A DNA stretch of 63,587 nucleotides, filler included, from Octopus bimaculoides (GCF_001194135.2; 5 parts of 4 records of this genome joined end to end with filler, not necessarily neighbours in it); one strand, 5' to 3'; positions 1-13,494 are shown, counted from the whole stretch's first letter. Notes: generated from the letters alone by a model not told the origin. A program made the numbers and translations.

Positions 1-45
<45 letters not shown>

Positions 46-202
46 TATAAAAGATTCGTTGCTCGTTATTCAGAGAAAAGCGCACTCTAAAAGAGGAATA
101 AAACGGTTATATATTTCTTTTGTTGACTGCAGTTTGTTGTAACCTGCTCAACAATACACTCACTAACGCAAACCTGTTATATACATGTGTGTGCGTGTGT
201 GT

Positions 203-236
<34 letters not shown>

Positions 237-301
237 TTGTGCATGTATGTGTACATGTGTTTGTGTGTGTGTGTGTTGTTTGTCTGTGTATGTATGATAT
301 A

Positions 302-526
302 CAGTAATCTCTCACCATATTGTGGTTCACCTATCGCGGTTTATTATTTAAGCTTACGTCGGTTCCTCCGCGTTGTTGTTTCGCATTTATAATAAAATAA
401 ATATATACAAAATATAAGAAAATAATTTAAAAGAGTACACAGTACAGCACTGTTTCTACTTCGCGGAATTTTCACTTACCACGGGGGTTTTGGAACTTAA
501 CACCCGCAATAGTCGAAGGATTACTG
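302..526. mobile_element. Tc1/mariner (pogo/Tigger-like) MITE
   Basis: Termini TA-CAGTAATCTCTC ... GAAGGATTACTG-CA. Homologous over its length to 36852-37036, in opposite orientation. Confidence 0.8.
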
Positions 527-598
527 CATTTCAATATATAACTTGAGTGAATATTCAAGTATCGTTTTCTATTGGCCACGCACGCATACACACTACCA

Positions 599-634
<36 letters not shown>

Positions 635-788
635 GCATACATACATACATAAATTCATGCTTATTTTGCAGTTCTGTTCTCATTTTCTTCACGTTCAAAT
701 TCTTTTTATTCCCCCTTTCCTCACTCCTGCTGTTCCTGTTTCTAAATGCCTCCTCATTTAACTCCCCATCTCCCTCTTTCTCTCTCTT

Positions 789-831
<43 letters not shown>

Positions 832-1456
832 TTTCCGCTCTTTTACTCCGCCACATTCTCACCCTTCTCCCATCTCGTCTGTTACCCATCTTCTCTTACC
901 AACCGTTTCTTCAACAGATATTTGCTCAGTGATTCGAAAGCGCAGTTTCTAATTGTATTTGATTCCAGCGACAAACAACTGTCTGTAACAGGATAGACAT
1001 TGGACGTTTTTGTAATGAAACACAAAACTAGAATCCTTATTTATTTATTTACCTATTTGCCAGTTCTTGTATTTACACACAACACTATCTAAACCCACAA
1101 ACCATCACAAGCCATCTCTTTGCGTTCATCCATTCCATTTTACAATTGTGCTTGCTTTTTACTCTTGTTTTGAAGTGCTCCATTAATACAGAAAATGCCA
1201 GATCTAGTTCGACATATGCAGCAGAGCAAAGCAAGGGGTGATGAGGGGTTGATAAATAGTGGTGTGGTGGTGGCAGTGGTGGTGATGGCGACGTCGACTT
1301 GAGAGGCTAACTAGATCAGTCTTATTACAGTTAGGAATAGACTTGTTTCACAAGAGGTAAGTCCCTGAAATGAAAGTTATACACCTACCTACCTACCTAC
1401 CTTCCTACATATATGCATACATACAATTCTCTCTCTCTGCCTCGCTCAGAGTGCGT

Positions 1457-1581
1457 AATCACATGGTTCCGGGTTCAGTCCCACTGCGTGGCACCTTCGG
1501 CAAGTGTCTTCTACTATAGCCTTGGGCTAACCAAAGCCTTGTGAGTGGATTTGGCAGACGGAAACTGAAAGAAGCCCGTCG
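1457..1581 (+). mobile_element. SINE family A head (tRNA-derived, CORE-like), 5'-truncated
   Basis: ggttccgggttcagtcccactgcgtggcacctt..gcaagtgtcttctactatagcc..ggaaactgaaagaagcccgtcg running into (AT)n; many homologs in the window. Confidence 0.9.
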
Positions 1582-1816
1582 TATATATATATATATATAT
1601 ATATATATNNNNNNNNNNNNNNNNNNNNNNNNNNNNNNNNNNNNNNNNNNNNNNNNNNNNNNNNNNNNNNNNNNNNNNNNNNNNNNNNNNNNNNNNNNNN
1701 NNNNNNNNNNNNNNNNNNNNNNNNNNNNNNNNNNNNNNNNNNNNNNNNNNNNNNNNNNNNNNNNNNNNNNNNNNNNNNNNNNNNNNNNNNNNNNNTATAT
1801 ATATATATATATATAT

Positions 1817-1920
1817 ATGCGAGGAGGTGCCCAAAAGTATCCGGATAGCTGTCTGCAAAGAACTAAAACTCACCGCCATATTCTTGCATATTTGAGATAA
1901 TTTCATTTTTGGCTTTAATT
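1817..1920. mobile_element. possible mariner-type terminus (TIR fragment)
   Basis: TA-TGCGAGGAGGTGCCCAAAAGTATCCGGA resembles mariner TIRs of the TACGAGG..CCAAAAAGT type; no partner end seen. Confidence 0.3.
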
Positions 1921-1924
1921 TCCT

Positions 1925-2310
1925 GTCCATACAACCATCTTCTCCGCCCGTTATTTCAGGAAGTGTCGTAGGAGTTGCGCCCTCAAGTAATTCCATCATT
2001 GAGTCATATCGGAAGCAACCATCATTAGAATTTCCAGTTGGATTCTCAAACGTGACCAACTGAGACTATGGATATTATCCAACCATCTCGTTCTTGGTCT
2101 TCCTCTAGGTCTCCTGCCAGTTGGTTCTGCTTTGAAAAATCCGCCGTGCGATTCTTTCCTGCGACATTCTAATCACATGTTTATAGTAAGAGATCTGTGA
2201 CTTCCCTATGCAGAGAAGTAGCGGCTGGAGTCGGAGAGACTCCCTGATCTGTGACTCACGCAACCTGTCACGTAATGTTACTCCAAGGAGTAAATTAGTC
2301 TTCATCAGGG
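1925..2310 (-). mobile_element. RTE-clade LINE 3' end, decayed
   Basis: LGVTLRDRLRESQIRESLRLQPLLLCIGKSQISYYKHVIRMSQERIARRIFQ, then after a frameshift AEPTGRRPRGRPRTRWLDNIHSLSWSRL. Typical RTE/Expander ORF2 C-terminus, ending in a GATGG-like tail. Confidence 0.85.
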
Positions 2311-2694
2311 TTTTTTGGTGGGATTCGAACGTAATAGAGTGAAGCTTTATTACTGCTGTGCAATTAGTTTCAGTTGTGCATATTTGTCAATTTTCCAAAC
2401 TTTAAAGAAATAAATGTTAAGAAAGAAAACAATTTGAAGGAATATTTGGGTTTCATAGAAGTTAATATATTCCGTATGTTCACTGTCAAGAAACTATTGA
2501 TCATCTAGAATAATGAATATATATCGGCTTTAATTGATCATTCTTATCATTACATATGCAATATCGATGTATTGATGAAGTCGTCATGCGTTACATTAAT
2601 CAGAAAGTTTGTACAATCTTATTTAACAGAATAAATTCATTTGGTTCAGCGATGTAGGAGCAGGAGAGATGTCCATGAAATGGTTTAAAATTGT

Positions 2695-3100
2695 GGCACA
2701 GTGCCAGCAATTTTAGAGTATGGAATAAGTTAATTACACCGACCACAGTGCTCAAATCGTACTTACTTTTTCGATTTTGCAAAGGCAAAGATATCTTCGG
2801 TGAAATTTGAACTCAGAATGCAAAGAGCCAGAAGAAATACCAGTGATGATTTTGTCCAACCGGCTAACGATTCTGTCAGTTGGGCGCCTTTCGCGTTAGC
2901 AAAACTGGTTTCAAACCTTGGCAACAGGCCAGCAATTTTAAGGTATAGGATAAAACGATTTCAATGACTCCAGTGTTAAATTTGTACTTATTGCATCGAT
3001 CCCCGAAAGCCTGAAAAGTAAATTCGGCCTCGGTGAAAATTGAACTTAGAATGTCAAGAACTAATCGTTTTGTCCGATATGCTTTACTAAAAATTATCAA
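2695..3100 (-). mobile_element. two tandem diverged SINE family B copies (~2695-2888, ~2910-3100)
   Basis: Each has ggcacaaggccagcaa tail, gtacttat..atcgac core and atttgaactcagaa B-box region. Confidence 0.8.
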
Positions 3101-3309
3101 CGGAGTTCTTTCATCTTTCTTTCATATCTTGTTTAATGTAGCTTTACAGAGTAGAAAATTGCTTATGGTGAAAAAAAAAAAAAAAACTATGGTCCGAATT
3201 AATTCGAAATTTCTTGAAGTGAACACACCTCTCATTTGGTTCCTGTTGTTCATAACAAAACCATTACAGACCCGCTGAAAACTCAACAATTAAGTGTTAT
3301 TTCCCAACT

Positions 3310-3637
3310 TGCATCGACCCCAGTACTTGCCCAGTACTTATTTTATCGACCCCGAAAGGATAAAAGACAAAATCGACCTCGGCAGAATTTGAACTCAGAA
3401 CGTAAAGACGAACTAAATACCGCTACACATTTTGTCCAACACATTAATGATTCTAGCAGCAATAATAAAACGATTCGAAATTTTGACACAGAGCTAGCAA
3501 TTTCGGAAGAAGGGGAGTAAGTCAATTACATCGACCCCAGTGTTTAACTGGTACTTACTTTATCAAACCCGAAAAGTAAAGTCGACCGCCATGGATTTTG
3601 AACTCAGAATGTTAAGGCGGACGAAATACCGCTCAGC
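3310..3637 (-). mobile_element. two tandem SINE family B copies (~3310-3460, ~3475-3637)
   Basis: atcgaccccgaaaggat..aaaatcgacctcggcagaatttgaactcagaacg motif; copies separated by aataataaaa. Confidence 0.88.
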
Positions 3638-3649
3638 CTGTAAGTTTAG

Positions 3650-3875
3650 GGAAATAGGTTAGTCGACTACATCGCCTCCATTGTCTAACAGGCTCTTATT
3701 TGCTCGACCTCGAAGGAATGAAAGGCAAAATCGACCTCAGAAAAATTTGAACTCAAAAGAGGACTTTGCCTTTCATTCTTTTTGGGTCGATAAAATAAAG
3801 TACCGGCGAAGTACAGGGGTGAATGTAATCGACATGCCTCAACACTCAAAATTGCTGGCATCGTGTCAAAATAAG
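3650..3875. mobile_element. inverted pair of 5'-truncated SINE B copies (- 3650-3757, + 3761-3875)
   Basis: Minus copy stops at ttgaactcaaaa; plus copy starts at actttgcctttcattc and runs to the tail. Confidence 0.82.
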
Positions 3876-4464
3876 AAATAAAAACATATTTCTCTTATTT
3901 GTATTTAATTGGAATATTATAGCTTACCAGAATTGGTAGTGACAGAGAATAATGCTACAAACTTAAGCCTTTTTATAATATAAACTCAAATTCCACAGAG
4001 ATTGAATTTTTCTAGTCTATTTTTCTTTTTTTTTTTTTTTTTTAGAAGTTGATACATAAACTAGCAGTCGAGCAATAAGATCGATAAAATTGTCTGTAAC
4101 GTCCGGCCGAAAATATTTGTATCCTTGTGTCTATATTAGAAATAATGTTAGTTGTTACATGAACACAATATATTGTTTTTAAATGGTTATTTGTTTTGTT
4201 TTTCCTCTTTTAGAAAAATCATTAATAAACAAAGAATGTTCTTTTAGAAAACACACACATACACACACATTCACATATACTTCTAAAACACGATTAGTAA
4301 AAAGTTCAGTCAATACAGGGATTTATTGGAATTTTTGAAATCCACTTTTAATTTATTTTCCAACTCTTCGTCCAATCAATGCAGCAACGGAGTTCCATTA
4401 CCAAAACTGCATCGAATTCAAAAACCTACGTGAAGGTAGAAATATATTTCTTTCTTTCCACTAA

Positions 4465-4897
4465 AGGCACAGGGCCTCAAATTTTGAAGGGAGAGGGCTT
4501 AGCAGATTTCCTCGACCCCGGTTTTTAACTGGTATATATTTTATCGACCCCGAAAGGATGTAAAGCAACGTCGACTTCAGTGGAATTTGAGCTTAGAGCG
4601 TAAAACCGAAAAGAAGCCGCTAAGATTTTTGTGCGATGTGCTAACGATTCTGCAAGCTCGCGGCCTTAATAATAACAATAATACTTTCTACCATAGGCAA
4701 AAGGCCTCAACTTTTGAAGGATTGGGCTATTTCACAACTGGTACTTACTTTATCGACCCGGAGAGGATGAAATGCAAAGTCAGCCTCGGTGGCATTTGAA
4801 TTCAGAACCTAAAACCGAAAGAAATGCCACTAAGCATTTTACCCAGCCTGTTAACGATTCTTCCAGCATGCTGCAGCGATTCCGCCAGCAAGCTGCC
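4465..4897 (-). mobile_element. two tandem SINE B copies (~4465-4665, ~4685-4875) plus short head duplication
   Basis: Core and head (ctaacgattctgcaagctcg) motifs; aataataacaataata linker between the copies. Confidence 0.88.
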
Positions 4898-5007
4898 TTA
4901 GAAACTTTAAGGATATATTATAATATAAAATTTTTAAGGGTTTGAAAGCTTTTCAGTATCATCAAACATAAATCATTCTTCAATGAAATATTGGCAATTT
5001 GGTTATT

Positions 5008-5397
5008 ATGGCAGTGTGGTTAAGAAGCTCACTTTGCAATCATATGGCTTCAGTTTCAGTCTAACTGCGCGGCTCTTTGAGCAAGTGTCTTTTACTATAG
5101 CCTCGGGTCGACCGATGCCTTCTGAGTGAAGTTGATAAACGGAAACTATGTGGAAGCCTGTCTTATGTATAGATATGTGCGTATGCTTTTGTACTTGTAT
5201 TTGTCCCCCACCAACGCTTGTCGACCAGTGTTCGTTTGTTTATATACTTATGACTTAACGGGTCACAAAAAGAAATCAGTTGAATAAGAATTAGATTTAC
5301 AAATAAGTACTTGGGTCGATTTGTTCTATTAAAACCCTTCAAAGCAGCCACCCAACATGGCTGCAGTCCAATGACTGAAACAAGTAAAATATAGAAG
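5008..5397 (+). mobile_element. SINE family A, full-length, old
   Basis: Head gtgtggttaagaagc..gcaagtgtcttttactatagcc, short internal repeat, tail catggctgcagtccaatgactgaaacaagtaaaa. Confidence 0.88.
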
Positions 5398-6311
5398 ATA
5401 AAACATTTGAAAACTTACAAAACAAAGCAGATATTACCCATTTAGTAATAGCTTCATTTATAAAACCATTTCTTTTGTTGAGTAATATATCAAAAGGTCG
5501 CAAAGTTGCTAAGTTTAAAACTGAAGAAGAACGTAGCGAACATTTTGGAGAATCTTCTGCGAACGATTTAATGAAATTTTCTTGTTATAAACGGAGGCTG
5601 GTTATAGAGTAATGCTGCAGAATAATTAATCGATAATATTATTTCACTTCGCTGGTTTACAATATAGATACATGAATTGATAGATAAATCAAATCACGAA
5701 CATTTGCTGATATCTGTTACGCATATTAAATATACTGAAAAGCATGTCAAAGTAAAAGTATTTTATTATTCTTAAATAATGAACGCCAGACACTTTCATA
5801 GGATTTGATGTTATCATGGACACCAATATTCTTAAAGACAAAAGACTCCTGATATGTAGAACAAATGTTCTGTAGGTTTGATAATGAACGTATGAGAGGG
5901 AGGCTATTTGCTGTAGGGAAGCGTAGAGTGTGACTTAGAGGAACGCGTACTAAACAGGATCATAAAAAGTTACGTTTTCATAAACGACCCAAAACTGATA
6001 TTTTTTTTATATTAATAAAAGTCCCAAACAAGGCGAGAAGCCACCAAATGTAAGGGACTATGAAGAAGGGGAGATTAAGAAGAAAAGAGTGAATTTATTT
6101 AAGACAAGAAAAAGTTCCGGTCATAAGAAGGAAGAAAACAATGAGATGGAAAAGCGTTCAGTCTTATAATTTAATAGTTCGTGGAAAAAAGCTACGACCG
6201 CAGAAAGACTTTGGAGGAAGATGCTTTGAATTAAGAGTTATGCTAGATGGGGCAAAATGATCTGGAGCTAAGGGAAAAAGTTCATCAGAGAACTTTCTGT
6301 GACAATATCGA

Positions 6312-6371
6312 TAGAGAGAGTGCTGAAAAGTTCCTAGTTTTAAACCAGGAACTTTTCAGCACTCTCACGTA
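6312..6371. mobile_element. minimal mariner-type element: two TIRs back to back
   Basis: gagagtgctgaaaagttcct(a)gttt-t-aaac(c)aggaacttttcagcactctc: 25-bp arms, one mismatch, 1-nt centre, outer TA. Confidence 0.75.
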
Positions 6372-6805
6372 TGTATGTATATATATATACATGTATGTAT
6401 ATATAGTGTTCATGTTAGTCCGGTACCAACTTTACACTTCGCATTCTTTACAGTGCCAAGTTCACACTATTTCCACAGCAAGTTCAAAATCGTCCACCTT
6501 ACAAAGACACCGCTATTCACGTTAACCGACTCACATTCACCGTCACATCGAACCAACTTATAACTGTTCTCCTCGCATTAATCACTGATGCCAACTTCAC
6601 TCGACACCAACTGCTGTCAACTGTTCCTCACAAAATGCTCGACCGTCTCGCATCGACCCATACAACGACTACCACATAAACTGTTCACATCGACTTCCAG
6701 CAGATTTCGAACCACGGGTTCGACAGCAACTCCTCTCGTCGCCTCCCGTTCACATCGTTCCTAGCACAAAAGTAACTTGCCACTTGTTCACTAGTAGTAT
6801 TTCTA

Positions 6806-6932
6806 CAGGGTGTCCACAAAGTCTGGGTACATGGGGATTAACACATACTTTAAGAAATTATTATTTCTTATATTTAATTGTTTATGTTATGATTTTATTT
6901 ACTCCATGTACCCAGACCTTGTGGACACCCTG
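6806..6932. mobile_element. Tc1/mariner MITE (127 bp)
   Basis: TA-CAGGGTGTCCACAAAGTCTGGGTACATGG ... CCATGTACCCAGACCTTGTGGACACCCTG-TA; ~30-bp TIRs and TA TSD. Confidence 0.9.
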
Positions 6933-7059
6933 TAGTTCGCCCACACAGCAAAAGCGCGCCAAATCGTACAGCCTTCGCATTCAAAACCAGAAAGCAGTGC
7001 TCTAATTTGCATCGTACGAACGAGAAATTATCAGAATATAATTTTTTTGCTCGTAACAT

Positions 7060-7092
<33 letters not shown>

Positions 7093-7240
7093 TTTCCCAG
7101 AGGATGTAGCAACCGTTACCAATATAGCATAAGAACTTACCTTAGGAGATCATTAACTAGATTCCTTAAGGGTCGTTCTCACAGTTTATATTTATATTAT
7201 AAGTTTTTTTATATGTATGTATGTATGTATGTATGTATAT

Positions 7241-7986
7241 ACCAGAATTGAAAACTGCGCACACTCAAAAGGGTTACAGAATATCATAGAAGTATGCAAC
7301 TAGCATTGTTGCTCAAAAATATTAGAATCACTTTATGTTGTACATTCTGTGACATCTTAAAACGTAAAGAGACTCATGTGTGAATTACGATGCCACGATA
7401 ATTATTAAGCCGAGTTGTTAATATGAAAATTTGAAAATGTACAAAATATGATCTTTAACTTCGAATAAGTAAATTCATTATAATACTCTTTATACCAGAG
7501 TATATAAAAAACATATTTCACACTACAAATTACCATTATAAAAAACAACAAAAAAAACTGAATTTATGATAAGTCGAATCTATATAACAGCGAAAGTAAG
7601 AAACCGTAATATAAGCAAAGATAATTAGCATTATGATACACATATTAATGGAATAGTTATCCGAATTAAACAAATTATGACTAAATTATTTTTGACTGAT
7701 TACTTGTAAATTTATAAAAATTATCATTCATAAATTGAATTATTGCGTAAAGAGGACATTAGTAGTTGTACACAATTGTTTTGTTAAAATTGAGTATCCG
7801 ATAATTTGATTTAATTAATTTTTAATATAACTTAATTTCGATGAACTAAACAAATTTCTTGTGATAAAAAGATGTCACAGAATGTACATTTCAATATTTT
7901 TGAGCAACAATGCTAGTCACAGATTTTTTAAGGTTTATTATGGCATTCTGTAACCATTTTGAGTGTGAGCATGTTTCAATTCTAGT
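7241..7986. mobile_element. non-autonomous DNA element with ~120-bp imperfect TIRs
   Basis: 7241-7358 is the reverse complement of 7868-7986 (shared agaattgaaa..cacactcaaaa.ggttacagaat..actagcattgttgctcaaaaatatt..gtacattctgtgacatctt). Confidence 0.8.
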
Positions 7987-8050
7987 TTCGTACTTTTTAA
8001 GGCAACGCTTGTAATATTTTTATATATTCACCGTATTTCTCATAATACTG

Positions 8051-8852
<802 letters not shown>

Positions 8853-9232
8853 CTTCCATTTCGACACGTCAAACTAGACAAGCACGCGCGAATACAGCTC
8901 CATGCCAAACGATCGCACAACTGGTTAATGATGATTGAAAATTAACCAATAAAACACAATCACCACGCAAACGGCCACGGCTCCATTACAATTTTATTCG
9001 CAAGCAACGAATATTTTGTCAGACACACAGTAGACTCGATTATAACACGCACATCGGCAACATTTCTTGAAAATGGTATCATAACTCCGAAATATTGAAC
9101 ACAAGGTAGGTCTACATTAATTCACATATTTGTTTTCTTGTGATTTACCTTGCATTTACTTCGCATTGTTTTGGCCTTACCCACGATCTTTTATATAATA
9201 TGTGTGTGTGTGTATTATATATATATAATGTA

Positions 9233-9392
9233 TACGACGGGCTCCTTTCAGTTTCCGTCTACCACGCCTACTCACAAGACTTTGCAGAAGATTATAGTAG
9301 AAAGCATTTCAACAACGTGCCACGCAGTGGAACTAAATCCAGAACCATGTGGTTTGAAAGTAAGCGTCTTACCACTCAACTACGTTTGCGCG
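9233..9392 (-). mobile_element. SINE family A head
   Basis: cgacgggctcctttcagtttccgtctacca..gtgccacgcagtggaactaaatccagaaccatgtgg..cttaccac. Confidence 0.88.
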
Positions 9393-9517
9393 ACATGTTG
9401 AAATTTTTATCCGACACCAAGAACACTGTATGTACCAACGTAATGGGACTGGCAGAAGCTGTAAACACATTCCAATCTACGCTTCTGTTTCAATGAGTGT
9501 TTAAAGACTGGGAATAG

Positions 9518-9740
9518 GAACCGTAGAAAGGAGAAAGTTTCGAAACGTTCATAGACAACAAAGGTTATCTTAGAAGCTGTATTTCATGATAGTAGTAGCT
9601 TTTGAGACATTCGTAATCAAACGAATGACCACCAAAGAACCGTAGAAGCGAGAAAATTTCGAACGTTCGTTGATTACGAAAACTACCTTAGAAACTATAA
9701 TATTTCAACAAGATGGTAGTATTATTAGACATTCGTAAAT
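9518..9740. repeat. diverged ~120-bp tandem duplication
   Basis: gaaccgtagaa..gaaa.tttcgaa.cgttc..cttagaa.ct.ta..gacattcgtaa occurs at 9518-9620 and 9637-9740. Confidence 0.75.
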
Positions 9741-10244
9741 ATACATTCTTGAACAAATATCCACCCTTGAACGGCTATATATGGAGAGATGGAGGTAGTA
9801 AGCGAGAAAGATAAATATAGAAGGGTTTTGTTATATTAGTGCAAAGGAAAGCTGGAAGCAAATCGTGCTTAGAATGTGAATTAACGAACTCTGAGTTGCA
9901 TAATTCGAAATAGAGCAAGAACTTGTTAACAAATGGAAAGGAAAAAAGATTATAACTGCGGGGGAGTTACAACTGTTCAGACAGTAAAACGACTAACGTC
10001 TCTACTCGAAATTATTTAGAGTTCGCTTAGTTTTTTTTTTTTTTGTTTTTTGTCTAATTTTTATTTTTTGCATCCCTTATCAATTCAGGAAAATAAAAGA
10101 AATTGCAGTCTTAAACATTAGCTTTTTATCAGTGTTCCTTGGTTTTCCCAACGCTGAAATATTGAAATGCATTGGAATATCTGTCTGTTTTGTTTTCAAT
10201 TCTGTGACAAAAGATGGTGGTATTCCATGTCACATGTTGCAAAA

Positions 10245-10560
10245 TGTTTCATTATCAACAACAGCAACAGCAGCAACAGCAGCAACAGCAGCAACAGTAG
10301 CAGCACCTACATTAACGACGACGACAACAGCAACCACTACAAATTAACAACAATGTAGTACTAAATACCATTAACAAATACACAAGGAGGAGGAGGAGGA
10401 GGAGGAAGAAGAAGAAGAAGAAGAAGATGATGATGATGATGATGATCTAGAAAACGAAGAAAGAGGAGAAAATGGTGAAGAAAGAAAGAAAGAAAGAAAG
10501 AGAAAATGGAAGGAAGGAAGGATGAAAGGAATGAAGGAAGGAAGAAAGAAAGAAGGAAAG
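10245..10560. repeat. compound microsatellites (CAA/CAG, GGA, GAA, GAT, GAAA)
   Basis: Directly visible. Confidence 0.9.
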
Positions 10561-10908
10561 AAAAAGAGCTGTTTACTGTATTTAGTAGATAAGTGCAGGT
10601 ATTAAAAAAAAGTCTGGAATAAGCCATAAATATATTTTTCTCCTTCTCCTGTAATATATTCTTCACTCATTTACTGCTAGTAATAATGTATCTTATATTG
10701 ACCAATTCCTCAATACTATGCCTCTTATATATTCTACGAGTAGCTTATAAGTATTTTGTATTTAATGGCCAAATAAAAATACAGTTGCATTAGAAAGAAT
10801 CGACGGTAAACTAATAGCTGAAAAATGTTTTAAGAGATATTCCTGTTTTGAAAATGAATGCCTTTTCCATTTCATTTATTAATGTATTTATTAATTTATA
10901 TATTTATC

Positions 10909-10911
<3 letters not shown>

Positions 10912-10987
<76 letters not shown>
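10912..10987. repeat. (TAT)n microsatellite
   Basis: Directly visible. Confidence 0.95.
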
Positions 10988-11459
10988 TGTTTAGTCTTCT
11001 TAGTCTTTCACTCTGCTTTATAAAATCTAATATCTTTTGATTCTTCCATCTACTGTGCGTTCCATCTATTCCTTGGCCAAGTCTTTTAACTGATATCTCT
11101 CACCCCTCCTCTTTCTCTCCCTCTCTCTTATTACTTTTTTTTTCCCACATCCTAATCTTAATTTCGAGATGGTCTCTTTTCTTATATTTGCTTCCATCTC
11201 ATTTTATTCTCCTTTATTTTGATTTTGTCTTTATTTACTTATTCGTTTATTTTTTTTTTTTTGTATTCAGTCTTTTACCTTCTCAGAAGGAAGTGTTCAA
11301 TGTTTCTCTTTCCCCCATCCCACCCTCTACTTCTTCTTTTCTTACGAATCCTTTCTATTTCTCCCCCCTCTCCTCTTCTCTCTCTCTCTGTCTTTCTCTT
11401 TCTCAATCGCTGTCTACTTATCTGTCTGTCCGTTTGTTTTTCTCCCTCTTCCTTTCATA

Positions 11460-11496
<37 letters not shown>

Positions 11497-11506
11497 NNNN
11501 NNNNNN

Positions 11507-11546
<40 letters not shown>

Positions 11547-12157
11547 TATATTACTCGCTGTGTCAGTTTGTGTGTGTGTGTATTTATACATGTATGTGAT
11601 GCGAGTGTGTGTAATATACATATATATATATATATGTATGCATTATATAAGCATACATATATTCATATATATATATATATATATATATATNNNNNNNNNN
11701 NNNNNNNNNNNNNNNNNNNNNNNNNNNNNNNNNNNNNNNNNNNNNNNNNNNNNNNNNNNNNNNNNNNNNNNNNNNNNNNNNNNNNNNNNNNNNNNNNNNN
11801 NNNNNNNNNNNNNNNNNNNNNNNNNNNNNNNNNNNNNNNNNNNNNNNNNNNNNNNNNNNNNNNNNNNNNNNNNNNNNNNNNNNNNNNNNNNNNNNNNNNN
11901 NNNNNNNNNNNNNNNNNNNNNNNNNNNNNNNNNNNNNNNNNNNNNNNNNNNNNNNNNNNNNNNNNNNNAATATTCTTCTATAAGTCATTCTTCGAGCTAT
12001 CAGATTCTCATCTGCCACCACGACAACGTTACATAACATATAACCACAGATGGATTTTCTTCTTTAAGGACAGAACCATTTATTGAAACTGTTTGGCTAT
12101 AATCGAATTAATTGATTACAATATATTACCAATATTGATTACAATATATTATCTTTC

Positions 12158-12611
12158 ACTTGTTTCAGGCAATGGACTGGAGCCATGCTGGGGCACCGCT
12201 TTTAAAGGGCTTCGGCGGAACGAATTGGTATCAGTGGTCTTCTTTTTCTTTTTTGTTAAATCTGGTACTTATCCTATATCTCTCTTTTGTCTAACTGCTA
12301 AGTTAGGGGGACATAAAAAAACAGACAGTGGCTGTCAAGTGCTGGGGGAACAAGCAGAAGCAAAAAGACACATACATACACACGTGTGTGTGTGTATGTA
12401 TGTGTGTGTGTGTATGTGTGTGTGTGTGGTGCATGTATATATTTATAAGACTGGCTCCTTTCAGTTTTCGTCTATCAAATACTCTCAAAAGACGTAGCTG
12501 TCCAGGGCTATTGTAGATGATATTTGCCCAAAATGCTGCGTAATTGGACTGACCGCGGAATGTGGTTGGGAAGCAAACATCTTATCACAAAGCCATGTCT
12601 ATTACTGCGCC
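12158..12611 (-). mobile_element. SINE family A, full-length, diverged
   Basis: Tail cttgtttcagg..ccatgctggggcaccgc, internal (GT)n, head ending cttatcacaaagccatg..gcgcc. Confidence 0.85.
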
Positions 12612-12799
12612 TATTCCTAATATTTATGTAACTTTCCCCTCGGAAGTGAAAGGTAAATTTTACTGTAGAATAACTTGAACATGGAATATACAACGAAGGA
12701 AAAACGAATTTATAGAATCCTTTTGACCAAGAGCAGAAGCCTTGGATTTGAGGGAATATAATGATCGTGTCTATTCTAAAAGTATTAGTCAGCTTAGAA

Positions 12800-13494
12800 C
12801 AGTAGTTTTCAGTCGGGGTCCATATGGGCCACCAAAGCCCATATGGACCCCGGTTCATATAAGATTTTGCTGTTAACATTTATGTGCAATAAATTGCTTA
12901 TATTTTTATGTATTTGTTTTGCCAGATACCTGATGTGAAATCATATGCTAAAACAGGTATCGTTATATTTTGGGACGGTTATTTTTTCTTTTAATTCTAA
13001 ATAAACACATGCACTATATATTCGTTCTTCTCTTCAGAATTCTTCTTCTTATTATTTTTGTGTCTTTTGTCCTAAATTTTTCGTCATACATCCTGTGACC
13101 GCTTCAGTGACTCTCCATCCCAAGTGTCTCCTCCCGTTCTGTTTAGTCCACCATCGGAAGACAAAATGGACAAAACAAAACAGGAGGAGACACGTGTGTT
13201 GGAGGGTCACTGAAGCGGTCACAGGACGTATGACGAAAGATTTAGGACAAAAGAGACAAAAATAGGAACAATAATAATTCTGAAGAGAACGAATATATAG
13301 TGCGTGTGTTTATTTGGCAAAGAGAAAAAATGACCGTCCCGAAATATAGCAAATTGCTTATATTTCTACAATACACAAAATATTTAAAGTAAAAAATACA
13401 GTAGGATTTTTATAATTAAATGACTATGGAGGCCCAGTAGAGTAACATAGGGACCAAAGGGGTCGTTAGGCAAAAAAATGGTTGAGAAATATTT
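12800..13494. mobile_element. hAT (Charlie/Buster-type) MITE with 8-bp TSD, interrupted by a nested element
   Basis: Starts cagtagttttcagtcggggtccatatgg, ends aaaaatggttgagaaatattt. Flanked by gcttagaa at 12792-12799 and 13495-13502 (nnnTAnnn pattern). Confidence 0.75.
12961..13350. mobile_element. foldback/palindromic MITE, ~190-bp arms
   Basis: tatattttgggacggt..tcctgtgaccgcttcagtgac..gtgtctcctcc is mirrored almost end to end (ggaggagacac..gtcactgaagcggtcacagga..accgtcccgaaatata) with a ~15-bp loop. Confidence 0.92.

Noticed and set aside
1331-1362. 26-nt candidate exon with strong GAG|GTAAGT donor
   Set aside because: Isolated signal, not frame-preserving, no supporting context.
1925-2059. 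ELLEGATPTTLPEITGGE as a mariner first-Asp (ITGDE) motif
   Set aside because: The same bases read in another frame are the continuation and tail of the RTE LINE, which explains them better.
6405-6790. C-rich segment starting TGTT that might be a solo LTR
   Set aside because: No matching terminal inverted ends, TSD, PBS or second copy could be fixed.
10089-10347. AG-preceded ORF ending in poly-T/A
   Set aside because: The second half is a CAA/CAG microsatellite; the first half is unrecognisable.
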